A DNA stretch of 53,523 nucleotides. It comes from a virus. A model generated the notes under the pieces. The model worked only from the letters and a program-made list of their open reading frames with translations. It ran no database searches and was not told the origin of the DNA. Numbering within the stretch: the first letter of the stretch is position 1; every line of letters starts with the position of its first letter. A program made the position numbers and the translations under genes. The stretch lies in the IMG/VR virus record IMGVR_UViG_3300029825_000389, positions 1 to 53,523 of that record; one strand, 5' to 3'. Below are positions 1 through 8,172 of the stretch, in pieces.

Positions 1-99
1 GAAGTGATTGAAAAAATATATAAGTTCTATGTAGAAGGTAAGAGCCTGCGAGAAATTGCAAATGAACTAAATAGTACAGGAATTAAAACTAATCGCAAT
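1..99. repeat. Terminal overlap copy 1 (identical to 53425-53523); contig closure of a circular molecule
   Basis: Read base by base: gaagtgattgaaaaaatatataag...aaaactaatcgcaat occurs at both window ends, and an ORF runs across the junction in frame. Confidence 0.9.
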
Positions 100-234
100 A
101 AAGACTGGTCTAAAAGTTCAATAAGATTTATATTATTGAATTCTAAAAATGTAACTAATGAATTTATTGACAAAAGTATGTTTGAACGTACAGTTAAATT
201 ACTGAACGATAAAAAACGCCCTAAACTTGAATAA
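4..234 (+). CDS. 3' part of the wrap-around gene that starts at 53116: coiled-coil plus recombinase-type (large serine recombinase 'Recombinase' domain-like) DNA-binding protein with no catalytic domain
   Basis: The frame is continuous with 53116..53523 through the 99-nt overlap. The motif GKSLREIANELNSTGIKTNRNKDWSKSSIRFILLN resembles the DNA-binding domain of large serine recombinases. No N-terminal resolvase catalytic motif is present. Confidence 0.55.
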   Translation: MIEKIYKFYVEGKSLREIANELNSTGIKTNRNKDWSKSSIRFILLNSKNVTNEFIDKSMFERTVKLLNDKKRPKLE

Positions 235-285
235 ATTTGCTTTTAATGCTATTATTTTAGAAAAGCTATATATCTTAACAAATAT

Positions 286-330
286 AAAATAAAACCTGTA
301 CTCTAAATTAGGGCACAGGTTTTATTTTAT
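286..330 (+). terminator. Intrinsic terminator after the recombinase-like gene
   Basis: Stem aaaataaaacctgt (286-299) pairs with acaggttttatttt (315-328), followed by a T-run. Confidence 0.7.
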
Positions 331-493
331 ACATAAATATTTTCCATAACAGTCTTATTCTAATCTTAAAGTTATTTCTATATATGCTATAATATTATCA
401 AGAGAATAAAGTGTTTTTAGTTAGTCATCTCCCAGGATTTATCTCTTGCAAAGAGGTCGTTGCGGTTAATTTGACAACAGAGGGGGTGACAAC

Positions 494-667
494 ATGAGTG
501 ATTCAGTTGTTATTATAGCAATAGTTGCAATTGTAGCCATTGTAGGGATTATAGCATTGATTTCTTTTCATAAAGATATTTGTATTAATTTCAAAAATAA
601 GAGATCGACTAACATAAGTCAAAATGAAGTAGCTATTACAGTTGAAGATAAAAACTCAAAAAATTAA
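494..667 (+). CDS. 57-aa small membrane peptide (hydrophobic N-terminus, charged tail); type I toxin-like
   Basis: SD agagggggtga lies 6 nt before the ATG. Translation: MSDSVVIIAIVAIVAIVGIIALISFHKDICINFKNKRSTNISQNEVAITVEDKNSKN. A terminator follows directly. Confidence 0.5.
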   Translation: MSDSVVIIAIVAIVAIVGIIALISFHKDICINFKNKRSTNISQNEVAITVEDKNSKN

Positions 668-738
668 AATGCACCCTCGCATAAGTGCATTTTAATTAAC
701 TAAAAACATTTTCACATAAAACCGTAACGGCTTCTTTT
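658..738 (-). ncRNA. Putative antisense RNA overlapping the 3' end of the small-peptide mRNA (candidate type I antitoxin)
   Basis: The minus strand has an extended -10, TGaTATAAT (plus coordinates 745-753). Transcription from it would run through the 666-693 hairpin, which is followed by a U-run on the minus strand. Confidence 0.3.
666..693. terminator. Bidirectional hairpin terminator
   Basis: aaaatgcac (666-674) pairs with gtgcatttt (685-693). T-runs flank it on both strands. Confidence 0.65.
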
Positions 739-786
739 AAATATATTATATCATATTTTATGTTTTTTAATCATATTTTTTTCTAA

Positions 787-903
787 GTAATTGCAGGAAC
801 GTATTTTAAAGATAGACTTGAAATTAAAGGCAAATCTTCAGTTGATAAGTTAACTGAAAATGAAATTTCTATAACTGCTGAAGATAAAAACTCAAAAAAT
901 TAA
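787..903 (+). pseudogene. 5'-truncated remnant of a paralog of the 494..667 peptide
   Basis: The frame opens right after a TAA and has no start codon. VIAGTYFKDRLEIKGKSSVDKLTENEISITAEDKNSKN aligns with the C-terminal half of the 57-aa peptide. The TM segment is missing. Confidence 0.5.
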
Positions 904-976
904 AAATGTACTTTTCCGACAAAGTACATTTTTAAACTAAAATATTTTCACATAAAACCGCAATGGCTTCTTTTAA
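856..976. repeat. Copy B of the duplicated segment; ends exactly where IS element 1 begins
   Basis: Same strings as copy A. Similarity stops after cttcttttaa (967-976). Confidence 0.8.
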
Positions 977-1047
977 CCTGTTCTTGTGTGGAATTCTCCC
1001 ATCCTCTATAGGTGGGAGATGAATAGCACTTGCCGTTAGGCAATATA

Positions 1048-1200
1048 TTACTTATTATACTTTTTCAATATTAATTCAATTGCTTCATCAAGTAACCTTG
1101 ACTGTGGTATTTTAGTTTCTCTTGAAAGTCCTTTAAACTTTTTCAACAATTCAATATCAATTGAATTTGTATAGCGTTCTCTGTTTTTTAAATCACTCAT
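1048..1200 (-). CDS. 50-aa ribbon-helix-helix (CopG/Arc-like) protein, divergent from tnpB
   Basis: ORF below the track cutoff. Translation: MSDLKNRERYTNSIDIELLKKFKGLSRETKIPQSRLLDEAIELILKKYNK. SD gaggtgata. Clear paralog of 24470..24628. Confidence 0.65.
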   Translation of the reverse strand: MSDLKNRERYTNSIDIELLKKFKGLSRETKIPQSRLLDEAIELILKKYNK

Positions 1201-1217
1201 AATATCACCTCAAAAAT

Positions 1218-1269
1218 AGTATATAATATATTTAAACTTATTGCAACTTACGTAAACTTATGATATAAT
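1218..1269. promoter_or_regulatory. Back-to-back promoters sharing one palindromic -35 (TTGCAA, 1241-1246)
   Basis: Plus strand: TTGCAA, 17 nt, TATAAT (1264-1269), driving tnpB. Minus strand: TTGCAA, 17 nt, TATACT (1218-1223), driving the RHH gene. AACTTA boxes at 1234-40, 1245-50 and 1254-60 are spaced about 10 bp apart. Confidence 0.6.
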
Positions 1270-1289
1270 AGTATTAAGAGGTGATAAAT

Positions 1290-2378
1290 ATGTTAAAAGC
1301 TTACAAATACAGGATATATCCAAACAAAGAACAAAGAATATTTCTAGCTAAAACCTTTGGGTGTACTAGATTTATCTATAATCAAATGTTAGCAGATAGA
1401 ATTAAATCTTATCAGGAGAACAAAGAATTGGATATAAAAAAAATAAAATATCCAACACCAGCACTATATAAACAAAAATTTCCTTGGCTAAAAGAAGTAG
1501 ATAGTTTAGCTTTAGCCAATGCACAAATGAATTTGGATAAATCCTATAAAAATTTCTTTAGGGATAAATCTGTAGGATTTCCTAAATTCAAAAGTAAGAA
1601 AACTAATTATAATAGCTATACAACCAATAATCAAAAAGGAACGGTATACATTGAAAACAGTCATGTAAAAGTACCTAAGTTAAAATCTATGATTAAAATA
1701 AAACAACATAGAGAGTTCACAGGCTTGATAAAATCCTGCACTATATCACAAGTACCAAGTGGCAAGTATTATATATCAATTTTAGTAGATAGTGAAAATT
1801 TCGTTCTACCAGTTATAAATAAAAAAATAGGTGTAGATGTTGGACTTAAAGAATTTGCAATATGTTCTGATGGGTATAGAGAACCTAATCCAAAACATCT
1901 TAGAAAATCAGAAAAAAGGCTCATTAAATTCCAAAGGGATTTATCGAGAAAGCAAAAAGGTAGTAACAATAGACGTAAAGCTAGGCTAAAAGTAGCAAAA
2001 CTACATGAAAAAATATCTAATCAAAGAGCAGATTTCTTACATAAGTTATCAATTAAACTAATCAGAGAAAACCAATCTATAGTTATTGAGGACTTAAGAG
2101 TAAATAATATGCTAAAGAATCATAAGTTAGCAAAAGCAATAAGCGAAGCTTCATGGTCAGAATTTAGAAGGATGTTAGAGTATAAGGCTAATTGGTATGG
2201 CAGGGAAATAATAATTGCACCATCTAATTATGCTAGTTCTCAATTATGTTCAGTTTGTGGGTATAAAAATAAAGAAGTAAAAAATCTAGCACTTAGAGAA
2301 TGGATTTGCCCTCAATGTGGTACACACCACGATAGGGATATAAATGCTAGTAAAAATCTACTGAAATTAGTTATATGA
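1290..2378 (+). CDS. tnpB: TnpB (OrfB) RNA-guided nuclease, IS200/IS605 family
   Basis: Canonical N-terminus [15 protein letters not shown]...FGCTRFIYN. RuvC-like D in GVDVGLK. C-terminal zinc ribbon CSVCG...CPQCG. The start is moved to ATG 1290 because GTG 1281 lies inside the SD. Confidence 0.9.
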   Translation: MLKAYKYRIYPNKEQRIFLAKTFGCTRFIYNQMLADRIKSYQENKELDIKKIKYPTPALYKQKFPWLKEVDSLALANAQMNLDKSYKNFFRDKSVGFPKFKSKKTNYNSYTTNNQKGTVYIENSHVKVPKLKSMIKIKQHREFTGLIKSCTISQVPSGKYYISILVDSENFVLPVINKKIGVDVGLKEFAICSDGYREPNPKHLRKSEKRLIKFQRDLSRKQKGSNNRRKARLKVAKLHEKISNQRADFLHKLSIKLIRENQSIVIEDLRVNNMLKNHKLAKAISEASWSEFRRMLEYKANWYGREIIIAPSNYASSQLCSVCGYKNKEVKNLALREWICPQCGTHHDRDINASKNLLKLVI

Positions 2379-2485
2379 TTTTGGTAATAAACTGAGGTTG
2401 GTTCGACCTTTAGAGCATGGGTAAACTTGCTACAGTAGTAGTATTGACCATGAAGCCATCCACTTCTATAAGTGGTGGTAGTTCA
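2379..2485 (+). ncRNA. Probable 3' part of the omega/right-end guide RNA scaffold of tnpB element 1
   Basis: A GC-richer structured tail lies immediately after the tnpB stop and ends in the right-end hairpin 2456-2478. Established biology of IS605 TnpB places the guide RNA here. The 5' end (probably inside tnpB) and the guide sequence are not determined. Confidence 0.4.
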
Positions 2486-2517
2486 CACATATAATGTATT
2501 GTATTGCATACAAAAAT

Positions 2518-2553
2518 AAAGCCTAGAATAGTGTAAAGGCTATTCTAGGCTTT
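2518..2553. terminator. Bidirectional terminator between tnpB element 1 and the end of the lysis operon
   Basis: aaagcctagaata pairs with tattctaggcttt, a 13-bp stem. Confidence 0.7.
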
Positions 2554-2581
2554 GAATTATTACTAAAATTATATTTTAATT

Positions 2582-3163
2582 CTATGCAGAAGCCGGTACA
2601 TTCTGTTCAGTATTTTGTACAGTAGCAATCTTTTGCTTCAACTGTGCATTTTCATTCTGTACAGCTGCTAGATCTTGTTGAGCTTTCTGTATTTGTGCGT
2701 CCTTTTCTGCTTCTGTAGTTGCCTTTTGTACAGGAGTTATAGTCTCTTTCTGTGATTTTATAGTGTCTACTATATCCGAAACATCTTTACTTGCATCAAA
2801 TGCAGGTGCTAAAATCTGACTACTCTTAACCTCTGAATTTACCTTTCCACAAATAGTTTCCCTGAAGTGGTTTAGTTCTTCCTGAGATATTCCTGGAATC
2901 TTCTCAATTAGCAGCTTATCAAATTCTTTTCTTTTCTGTTCCCCTGCCTGTGGTATAAATTTAAACTGCTGCTCTACTATATAGTAAATGTCTTGTGCAA
3001 TTTTATAATCCTCGTTGTATTTATCTACACCTAGTTGTGTTACAAGAGCTTCCCTTTTCTTTTTAAGATAAGTCACCCCTACTGTTACACCATAAGAAGC
3101 CAAAGCTCCTAAAACACTCAATACTCCACTTGAAATTATATTTGCTGCTTCATTTCCTAACAT
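2582..3163 (-). CDS. Holin-like membrane protein (LL-H holin family-like) with a coiled-coil tail
   Basis: N-terminal TM segment (ISSGVLSVLGALASYGVTVGV). It is the last gene of the lysis cassette, after the amidase. Confidence 0.4.
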   Translation of the reverse strand: MLGNEAANIISSGVLSVLGALASYGVTVGVTYLKKKREALVTQLGVDKYNEDYKIAQDIYYIVEQQFKFIPQAGEQKRKEFDKLLIEKIPGISQEELNHFRETICGKVNSEVKSSQILAPAFDASKDVSDIVDTIKSQKETITPVQKATTEAEKDAQIQKAQQDLAAVQNENAQLKQKIATVQNTEQNVPASA

Positions 3164-3273
3164 ACTTTTTCCTCCTAAAATTTAATTTGTATTTTTGATA
3201 ATTTAAAAAAGGCTATTTTACTAGTCTTATAAAACAAAATTCTCATCATATCTTTTGATTTATAAAATGAGAA

Positions 3274-4035
3274 TTAAAATAATACCTTAGATCCACCCTG
3301 ACCTTTGTTATTGTTATAAACTACCACCGGAGCTCCACCTTTACGAATAGTAATATAATTTCCTCTGTCCAGGTGAATTCCCATATCTCCATCAGCCCTT
3401 GGTTCTATATAAAATTTAGTACCTGGAATCTGAAATACTCCTTCTGGAATAGTTTCAGGATATGTAGGTACTGGTTGTACTACTGGCTTAGGTGCAGTTG
3501 GTTGGTTTGATACTGTTTGTCCTGTAATCCCTTTTACTATAGCTGTTGCTAGCTTCTCAGGATTATACTTGTTACAATCGCTTTTAGTATCACAGAAAAA
3601 TGGTTCTATAAGAATAGCAGTCATGTTTGTATATTTTAATACATAAAGTCCAGTTCTTAATTGGCTGCCTCTGTTTCTAAATTCTAATGCATTAGACATC
3701 TCATTGCATACTCTATCAGCATAAGTTTTACCTGAAGCACTTATATACTCTACTTCACAGCCATTGGCCTTATCTGTTTCATAGGCGTTAACATGCATAC
3801 AAATATGAAGTTGTGAGCCTATAGAATTAGCTTTATTAACCCTATAAGCAAGGCTCTGTCCTAAACTTAAGGCTGGGCTTGCTGGTGGCGTACAATCATA
3901 GCAGGTATGCCCTAGTTGCTGCAACTTTTTAATTGCAAGTGCTCCATATTCCCTGCAGTCATGTTCCTCATTTCTATAGCCGGAAGCTCCACGATCTTCA
4001 CCAGTACCATGTCCAAAATCATAAGTTATTACCAT
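3274..4035 (-). CDS. Endolysin, N-acetylmuramoyl-L-alanine amidase (Amidase_3-type) with a C-terminal binding domain
   Basis: DFGHG...GASG, HICMHVNA and CEVEY motifs. Lies in the lysis cassette. Confidence 0.8.
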   Translation of the reverse strand: MVITYDFGHGTGEDRGASGYRNEEHDCREYGALAIKKLQQLGHTCYDCTPPASPALSLGQSLAYRVNKANSIGSQLHICMHVNAYETDKANGCEVEYISASGKTYADRVCNEMSNALEFRNRGSQLRTGLYVLKYTNMTAILIEPFFCDTKSDCNKYNPEKLATAIVKGITGQTVSNQPTAPKPVVQPVPTYPETIPEGVFQIPGTKFYIEPRADGDMGIHLDRGNYITIRKGGAPVVVYNNNKGQGGSKVLF

Positions 4036-4057
4036 AACATCATTTCCTTTCTATTTC

Positions 4058-4312
4058 TTATCTTTTTAATAAAACTCCTATAACAAAAATAGAGACTGTG
4101 ACAAATATGCCAAGTCCCCATTGCATAGCTGATATAAAATCATCCATTTTTTTTATTAAATTTCTTATGTCAGTTTTATTTTCTCTGTTATCTTGCTTAA
4201 TTGAGCTTATTTCTTCATCATGTTTTTTTAACCAAATTTCATGCTCATCTACCGTATCATTTAATGTTTTGTGTTTTTCTTCACATAATTCAGCATCATA
4301 ATTTTCACTCAT
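4058..4312 (-). CDS. xhlA: XhlA-family haemolysin/holin-associated protein
   Basis: CEEKHKTLNDTVDEHE...coiled coil followed by a C-terminal TM segment. Lies directly upstream of the amidase, as in PBSX. Confidence 0.6.
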   Translation of the reverse strand: MSENYDAELCEEKHKTLNDTVDEHEIWLKKHDEEISSIKQDNRENKTDIRNLIKKMDDFISAMQWGLGIFVTVSIFVIGVLLKR

Positions 4313-4525
4313 ATACTACCTCCTGTTAATTTTTTGTATTAAAAAAGAGCCTTGGATTCTTCCAAAGTTCTTAATACCTTAGTTCGCAAAAATATTCTAA
4401 CATTCTTCTTATCCACTTGTAACCATTGGTATCACTTAGTTTACACTAATACAGATTAATAGTTACTTATGTGACACAATTTTAAGAATGAAAAAAGAGC
4501 CCTATTTGAGCTCTTTGTAAACAAC

Positions 4526-5194
4526 TTATAACATTTCCAAATATTCATATGGCATTATTGGGAAGGTTATATCTTCATTCTTATACTTCTCATTAAAAAT
4601 AATTTTAATATCCTTATTTAATTGTGGAATATATTCACCTGGAACTATAATACATACTATATCGTTTTGTTTAGGAATATCTATATAATAATTACTTCCT
4701 ATAGTTTTTAGTAGTTGCTCATCAATAAACTGAGGTAATATTCTCCATTCATTTTCAGTAAAATACTCTAAATCTTTGCAAAAAAGTTCTAAATTAAATA
4801 AAAACATTTCATCTTTATCACGATATTCTTTATTTCTATCTAAAAATTTATCTTTGATATGTGGAAAATAGTTTTCTATAGCTTTACATAGTCCTGAATT
4901 TTTATCAATATAAATAACTGGCTGAGCGTGATAGAAATGAGCCCACTCCTTCGTCATACCTATACCAAACTTGCCATACTTTTCTGTATGATACTTAATT
5001 TCATGTAATCTAATATCAGTCATACATAAAACTGGCACTTTGGTCTTTAATGATGCTAACTCATCTGGTAACCCTTTTCTTTCTTCTAAACACTCAGTTA
5101 ATCTAAAACCATCTCTTAAAATTTTTAATACTGTATCATAATCTTTAGTAAAATGATACAGAAAATCTTTTTCAGTATTCAAAATATACTTCAC
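4526..5194 (-). CDS. AbiGi-like abortive-infection family protein (moron between the fibre and lysis genes)
   Basis: The N-terminal pattern ...FLYHFTKDYDTVLKILRDGFRLTEC... matches my memory of the AbiGi family. GTG start with SD gaaagaagg. Non-coding DNA lies on both sides. Confidence 0.45.
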   Translation of the reverse strand: MKYILNTEKDFLYHFTKDYDTVLKILRDGFRLTECLEERKGLPDELASLKTKVPVLCMTDIRLHEIKYHTEKYGKFGIGMTKEWAHFYHAQPVIYIDKNSGLCKAIENYFPHIKDKFLDRNKEYRDKDEMFLFNLELFCKDLEYFTENEWRILPQFIDEQLLKTIGSNYYIDIPKQNDIVCIIVPGEYIPQLNKDIKIIFNEKYKNEDITFPIMPYEYLEML

Positions 5195-5393
5195 CTTCTT
5201 TCATCCATATTTTTTAAACTCTGCCAGTACATCTGGTGGAAGTGTAATGTTTATACGTACCGCCTTCTCTCCCAATATAACCACCCCCTTTAGAAATGAT
5301 TATATATCTTTTAATTTTGTCTGTCATTTTTATACATATTAATACACACTTATATATATTTATAAGTATAAATATATACGCAAAAATATTCTA

Positions 5394-5540
5394 TTATGAA
5401 GCAATTGCTGTTAATATTTCTGCCTTTTCAGCATCAGTAAGCTTAGTATATCTTGTAATAATCTCTGTTGCTGTTTTATTCTCCTCTATAATTAATACCT
5501 TTATTGCATTAACGAATATACTTTTCTTCCAAGTTGGCAT
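5394..5540 (-). CDS. 48-aa XkdX-position small protein
   Basis: Start overlaps the upstream stop (TAATG). MPTWKKSIFVNAIKVLIIEENKTATEIITRYTKLTDAEKAEILTAIAS. Called mainly from position after the fibre genes. Confidence 0.4.
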   Translation of the reverse strand: MPTWKKSIFVNAIKVLIIEENKTATEIITRYTKLTDAEKAEILTAIAS

Positions 5541-5809
5541 TAGCTAACACCTCCTACTAAATTAGCCATAGCTACATTTAATGCATCCACTTGGCTTTTT
5601 ATAGATGTAAACTCATCAATCGGAGCTGTTGAAACTAGTTCGAATTTATCTGTCGACCATACGCCGTTTTCAAATTTTCTATAGCTATAAGTATTGTTTT
5701 GGTACTCCTGTTCTGTTATTTCAACAGTGTTCAATGGTTGTTCTAGTACCGAACTTTGTGTTCCGATACATATTTTATTTTCATTCAATGTTGCATAATA
5801 TTTTAACAT
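5540..5809 (-). CDS. Tail-fibre-associated protein (XkdW position)
   Basis: Compact operon position; A-rich coding strand. Confidence 0.5.
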   Translation of the reverse strand: MLKYYATLNENKICIGTQSSVLEQPLNTVEITEQEYQNNTYSYRKFENGVWSTDKFELVSTAPIDEFTSIKSQVDALNVAMANLVGGVS

Positions 5810-5821
5810 AAAATAGACCTC

Positions 5822-6490
5822 CTAATTAAATTCTATTACTTGCCAATGATGTGTAGACAAACCATTATAATCGTATTTAATGATTTTCAGTGTTGTACTA
5901 TTTATTAAAATAACACTCTTCATAGGTACATAAACAGGAGAACTGTTTGTTGAACTATATGAAGAAAAAACCATTGATTTTGAAACATTAACACTAGATA
6001 TTGATATGTTTTGGTCTACATCATCCATACTTGTAGTAACAGTTGTTCCTTTTTGTAATGTTTTAACATTATTGAATTCAATAACTTCCCAATAGATAAC
6101 CCTATAAGCATATCCAGTACTATTACCAATATATAATTTTATTTCAGTCGGAGATGTGATTTCTGCTCTAACTAAATCGTTTTGGTCTGTTGACCTTGAG
6201 CAAAAATGAACCATAACAACCGATTTTGTCAAATCAACACTAGATATACTAATTGACAATCCACTTGAAGTTATAGAGTCACTTGCAACCGAACCTCTTT
6301 GAATACTTTTTATATTACTTCCATACAAACTACTATTAACTTTACTTACCAAATCAGCCATACTATCTGTATCACTAGCACTTACACCTTTTGCAACTAA
6401 AGCACTCTTTAAATCTGCCTTTTGATTTATACCTTCTAAGCTTTGAAGTTCTGTTATTATATCATTTAATTTTGCTGTACTATCTAACAT
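5822..6490 (-). CDS. Tail fibre / receptor-binding accessory protein
   Basis: S/T/N-rich beta-type sequence downstream of the main fibre gene. Confidence 0.5.
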   Translation of the reverse strand: MLDSTAKLNDIITELQSLEGINQKADLKSALVAKGVSASDTDSMADLVSKVNSSLYGSNIKSIQRGSVASDSITSSGLSISISSVDLTKSVVMVHFCSRSTDQNDLVRAEITSPTEIKLYIGNSTGYAYRVIYWEVIEFNNVKTLQKGTTVTTSMDDVDQNISISSVNVSKSMVFSSYSSTNSSPVYVPMKSVILINSTTLKIIKYDYNGLSTHHWQVIEFN

Positions 6491-6502
6491 GCTATTTTCC
6501 TC

Positions 6503-7591
6503 CTATTCTATAGCTATATAATTATAATTTATAGCTGAGATTCCTACAGGTAAAACAACACTTGTTAAGTCTGCCTTTGCAGGTGATTGAAGTTTATATG
6601 AATTTCCAACAATATAATTTGGAGAACCAGAATCATAAATAACTATTATTTTCCCATTATTTGAATTTGAAATAGTAAGGTTATTAGCATCGTTTTTAAA
6701 TACTATAGTAGATTGATTGCCTACCGCTATTAATATACTAGGAATAAAAGTTAATCCTGTTATTGTTATTGTACCAGTTGGATTGGTAGTACCGTCTGAT
6801 CTAGTAAAGCTTTGAGTTGTAGTAACTGATGTAACTGTTCCTATTTTGTATTTTTTATTAGTATTGTTCATGTTATTAATTATGTTTTGTATATCAATCC
6901 ATGAACTAGAACTTGTTAAACTACTTCCTGTACCTGTATTTAATCCTGTAGCAATATTAGTTTTAATAGTAGATTGATTTGCTTCTGCATTATTTGTTAT
7001 GTCTATTAATTGTTGTTTTTGTGTAGCTGATATTCCCCTATTGCGCAAGGTAAAAAAAGTCGCATCAGCTACCACCTCCACAAACCCTTTTTCTAATACT
7101 GTAACTGCATTACCGTCAACGTCTTGTAAAGGCTTTGATGTTGTTCCTCCATCTGTAGATATTGTTATTGCTCCACCTGTTAAATCTGAACTAAGTTGAA
7201 AAAATAATCTATTCGTATTTGAAAGTCTATTTATTCTTATTTGAGTACCACTAATAACAGGTATTTGATACATATAATCTGCCTTATGCGAATCAAAATC
7301 TTCCTTTACATCTTCTAAAGTTGTCCCATTTGATGTCTTTATATCACTTGCAGAAAGAGTAATTGTCCCTGTCTTACTATTTACACTTTGAACTGGAGCC
7401 CCACTAGAAGTTATAAAATTACTATCATTGGTTAAATTACTCGTTTTAGTGGGTACTTCTGTTTTCAAGGCTCTTTTATTTATTTCTGCATCTAGTATTG
7501 TATTATCATCAACTAAATCCTGTCTTTTTAAATATTCATTTCCCTGCCATTGATTAAGTCCAATATTAGGAGTTTTATTTACACTTGGCAT
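6503..7591 (-). CDS. Tail fibre protein
   Basis: N-terminus MPSVNKTPNIGLNQWQGNEY... typical of Firmicutes prophage fibres. S/T/N-rich. Start reset to ATG 7591, preceded by SD aggagtgg. Confidence 0.65.
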   Translation of the reverse strand: MPSVNKTPNIGLNQWQGNEYLKRQDLVDDNTILDAEINKRALKTEVPTKTSNLTNDSNFITSSGAPVQSVNSKTGTITLSASDIKTSNGTTLEDVKEDFDSHKADYMYQIPVISGTQIRINRLSNTNRLFFQLSSDLTGGAITISTDGGTTSKPLQDVDGNAVTVLEKGFVEVVADATFFTLRNRGISATQKQQLIDITNNAEANQSTIKTNIATGLNTGTGSSLTSSSSWIDIQNIINNMNNTNKKYKIGTVTSVTTTQSFTRSDGTTNPTGTITITGLTFIPSILIAVGNQSTIVFKNDANNLTISNSNNGKIIVIYDSGSPNYIVGNSYKLQSPAKADLTSVVLPVGISAINYNYIAIE

Positions 7592-7602
7592 TTTAACCAC
7601 TC

Positions 7603-8151
7603 CTATCTTTTATAAGTTTCAAGTTGGTTCCAAGTTAAATTTAATGCTTCTAACTGATCCCAAGTTAAATTATAGCTTTCAAATTGATCCCAAGTTAAAT
7701 AAGTAAAAATATAATCCAATAATAGATATGCAGGCTTTATTTGTTCTACAGCATTTTGCAAGTCACTTATATTTGGCGGGACACCATAAATATTTGTAAA
7801 TTTAACATGGGTGGTACCATCAAAAGTAACTTGTACATCTCCATTACTAAATGAATCACATACAAGTTTAATCATGGTTGCACTAAATTTTCCGCTTCCC
7901 CTTGATTTTGATTTAATTACACTCCTTCTATAATCTAAATCTTTTGTATAATCTATCGTTATCCCTAAATCTTTTTCATAATAATTCAATCCCCATGTGG
8001 CGGTGTCAATATTTAACTGTAATTTAATATCGTCAAGATTGGCATATGAATTATTAAATTCACTTCCTTCTGCATTTAACAATTCATCAAAAGTTTTTGT
8101 CTCTGTAAGCATTGGCGGCAAATATGACTTTAAAGTATCTTTATATGTCAT
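7603..8151 (-). CDS. Baseplate protein, XkdU/YmfQ (DUF2313-like)
   Basis: YLPPML...F..LL motif. Lies after baseplate J. The C-terminus carries three LTW(D/N)Q repeats. Confidence 0.6.
   Translation of the reverse strand: MTYKDTLKSYLPPMLTETKTFDELLNAEGSEFNNSYANLDDIKLQLNIDTATWGLNYYEKDLGITIDYTKDLDYRRSVIKSKSRGSGKFSATMIKLVCDSFSNGDVQVTFDGTTHVKFTNIYGVPPNISDLQNAVEQIKPAYLLLDYIFTYLTWDQFESYNLTWDQLEALNLTWNQLETYKR
7610..7702. repeat. Three tandem 30-bp repeats encoding LTWDQFESYN / LTWDQLEALN / LTWNQLETYK
   Basis: ccaagttaaat recurs at 30-bp spacing. The repeats are visible in the protein C-terminus. Confidence 0.8.
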
Positions 8152-8172
8152 TTATACCCACCCCTTTTTTAA

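Larger units (their letters stand above)
621..740. repeat. Copy A of a roughly 120-bp duplicated segment (peptide tail, terminator, conserved downstream box)
   Basis: Aligns by eye with 856-976. Shared strings include gaagataaaaactcaaaaaattaa and ttttcacataaaaccgYaaYggcttcttttaa. Confidence 0.8.
977..2485 (+). mobile_element. IS200/IS605-family (tnpB-only, IS1341-like) element 1 carrying an RHH gene instead of tnpA
   Basis: Similar sub-terminal hairpins lie on the same strand: tctcccatcctctataggtgggaga (995-1019) and ccatccacttctataagtggtgg (2456-2478). The interior holds an RHH ORF and tnpB. The left boundary is inferred from the end of duplicated copy B. Exact ends are uncertain. Confidence 0.6.

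Noticed and set aside
977-2485. IStron (group I intron fused to an IS605-like element) as an explanation for the tnpB elements
   Set aside because: Neither tnpB element has R/S-type group I core sequences next to it. The only intron-like core in the window is at 13060-14762 and carries a different nuclease.
5201-5275. 24-codon RHH-like ORF upstream of the AbiGi-like gene, considered as a fifth RHH gene
   Set aside because: It is too short to form an RHH fold. It is reported only as a possible remnant or leader in the findings.
5296-5547. 83-aa plus-strand ORF in the AbiGi-fibre spacer
   Set aside because: It is a hydrophobic shadow frame overlapping the better-supported 48-aa minus-strand gene (5394..5540). 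It has no SD.
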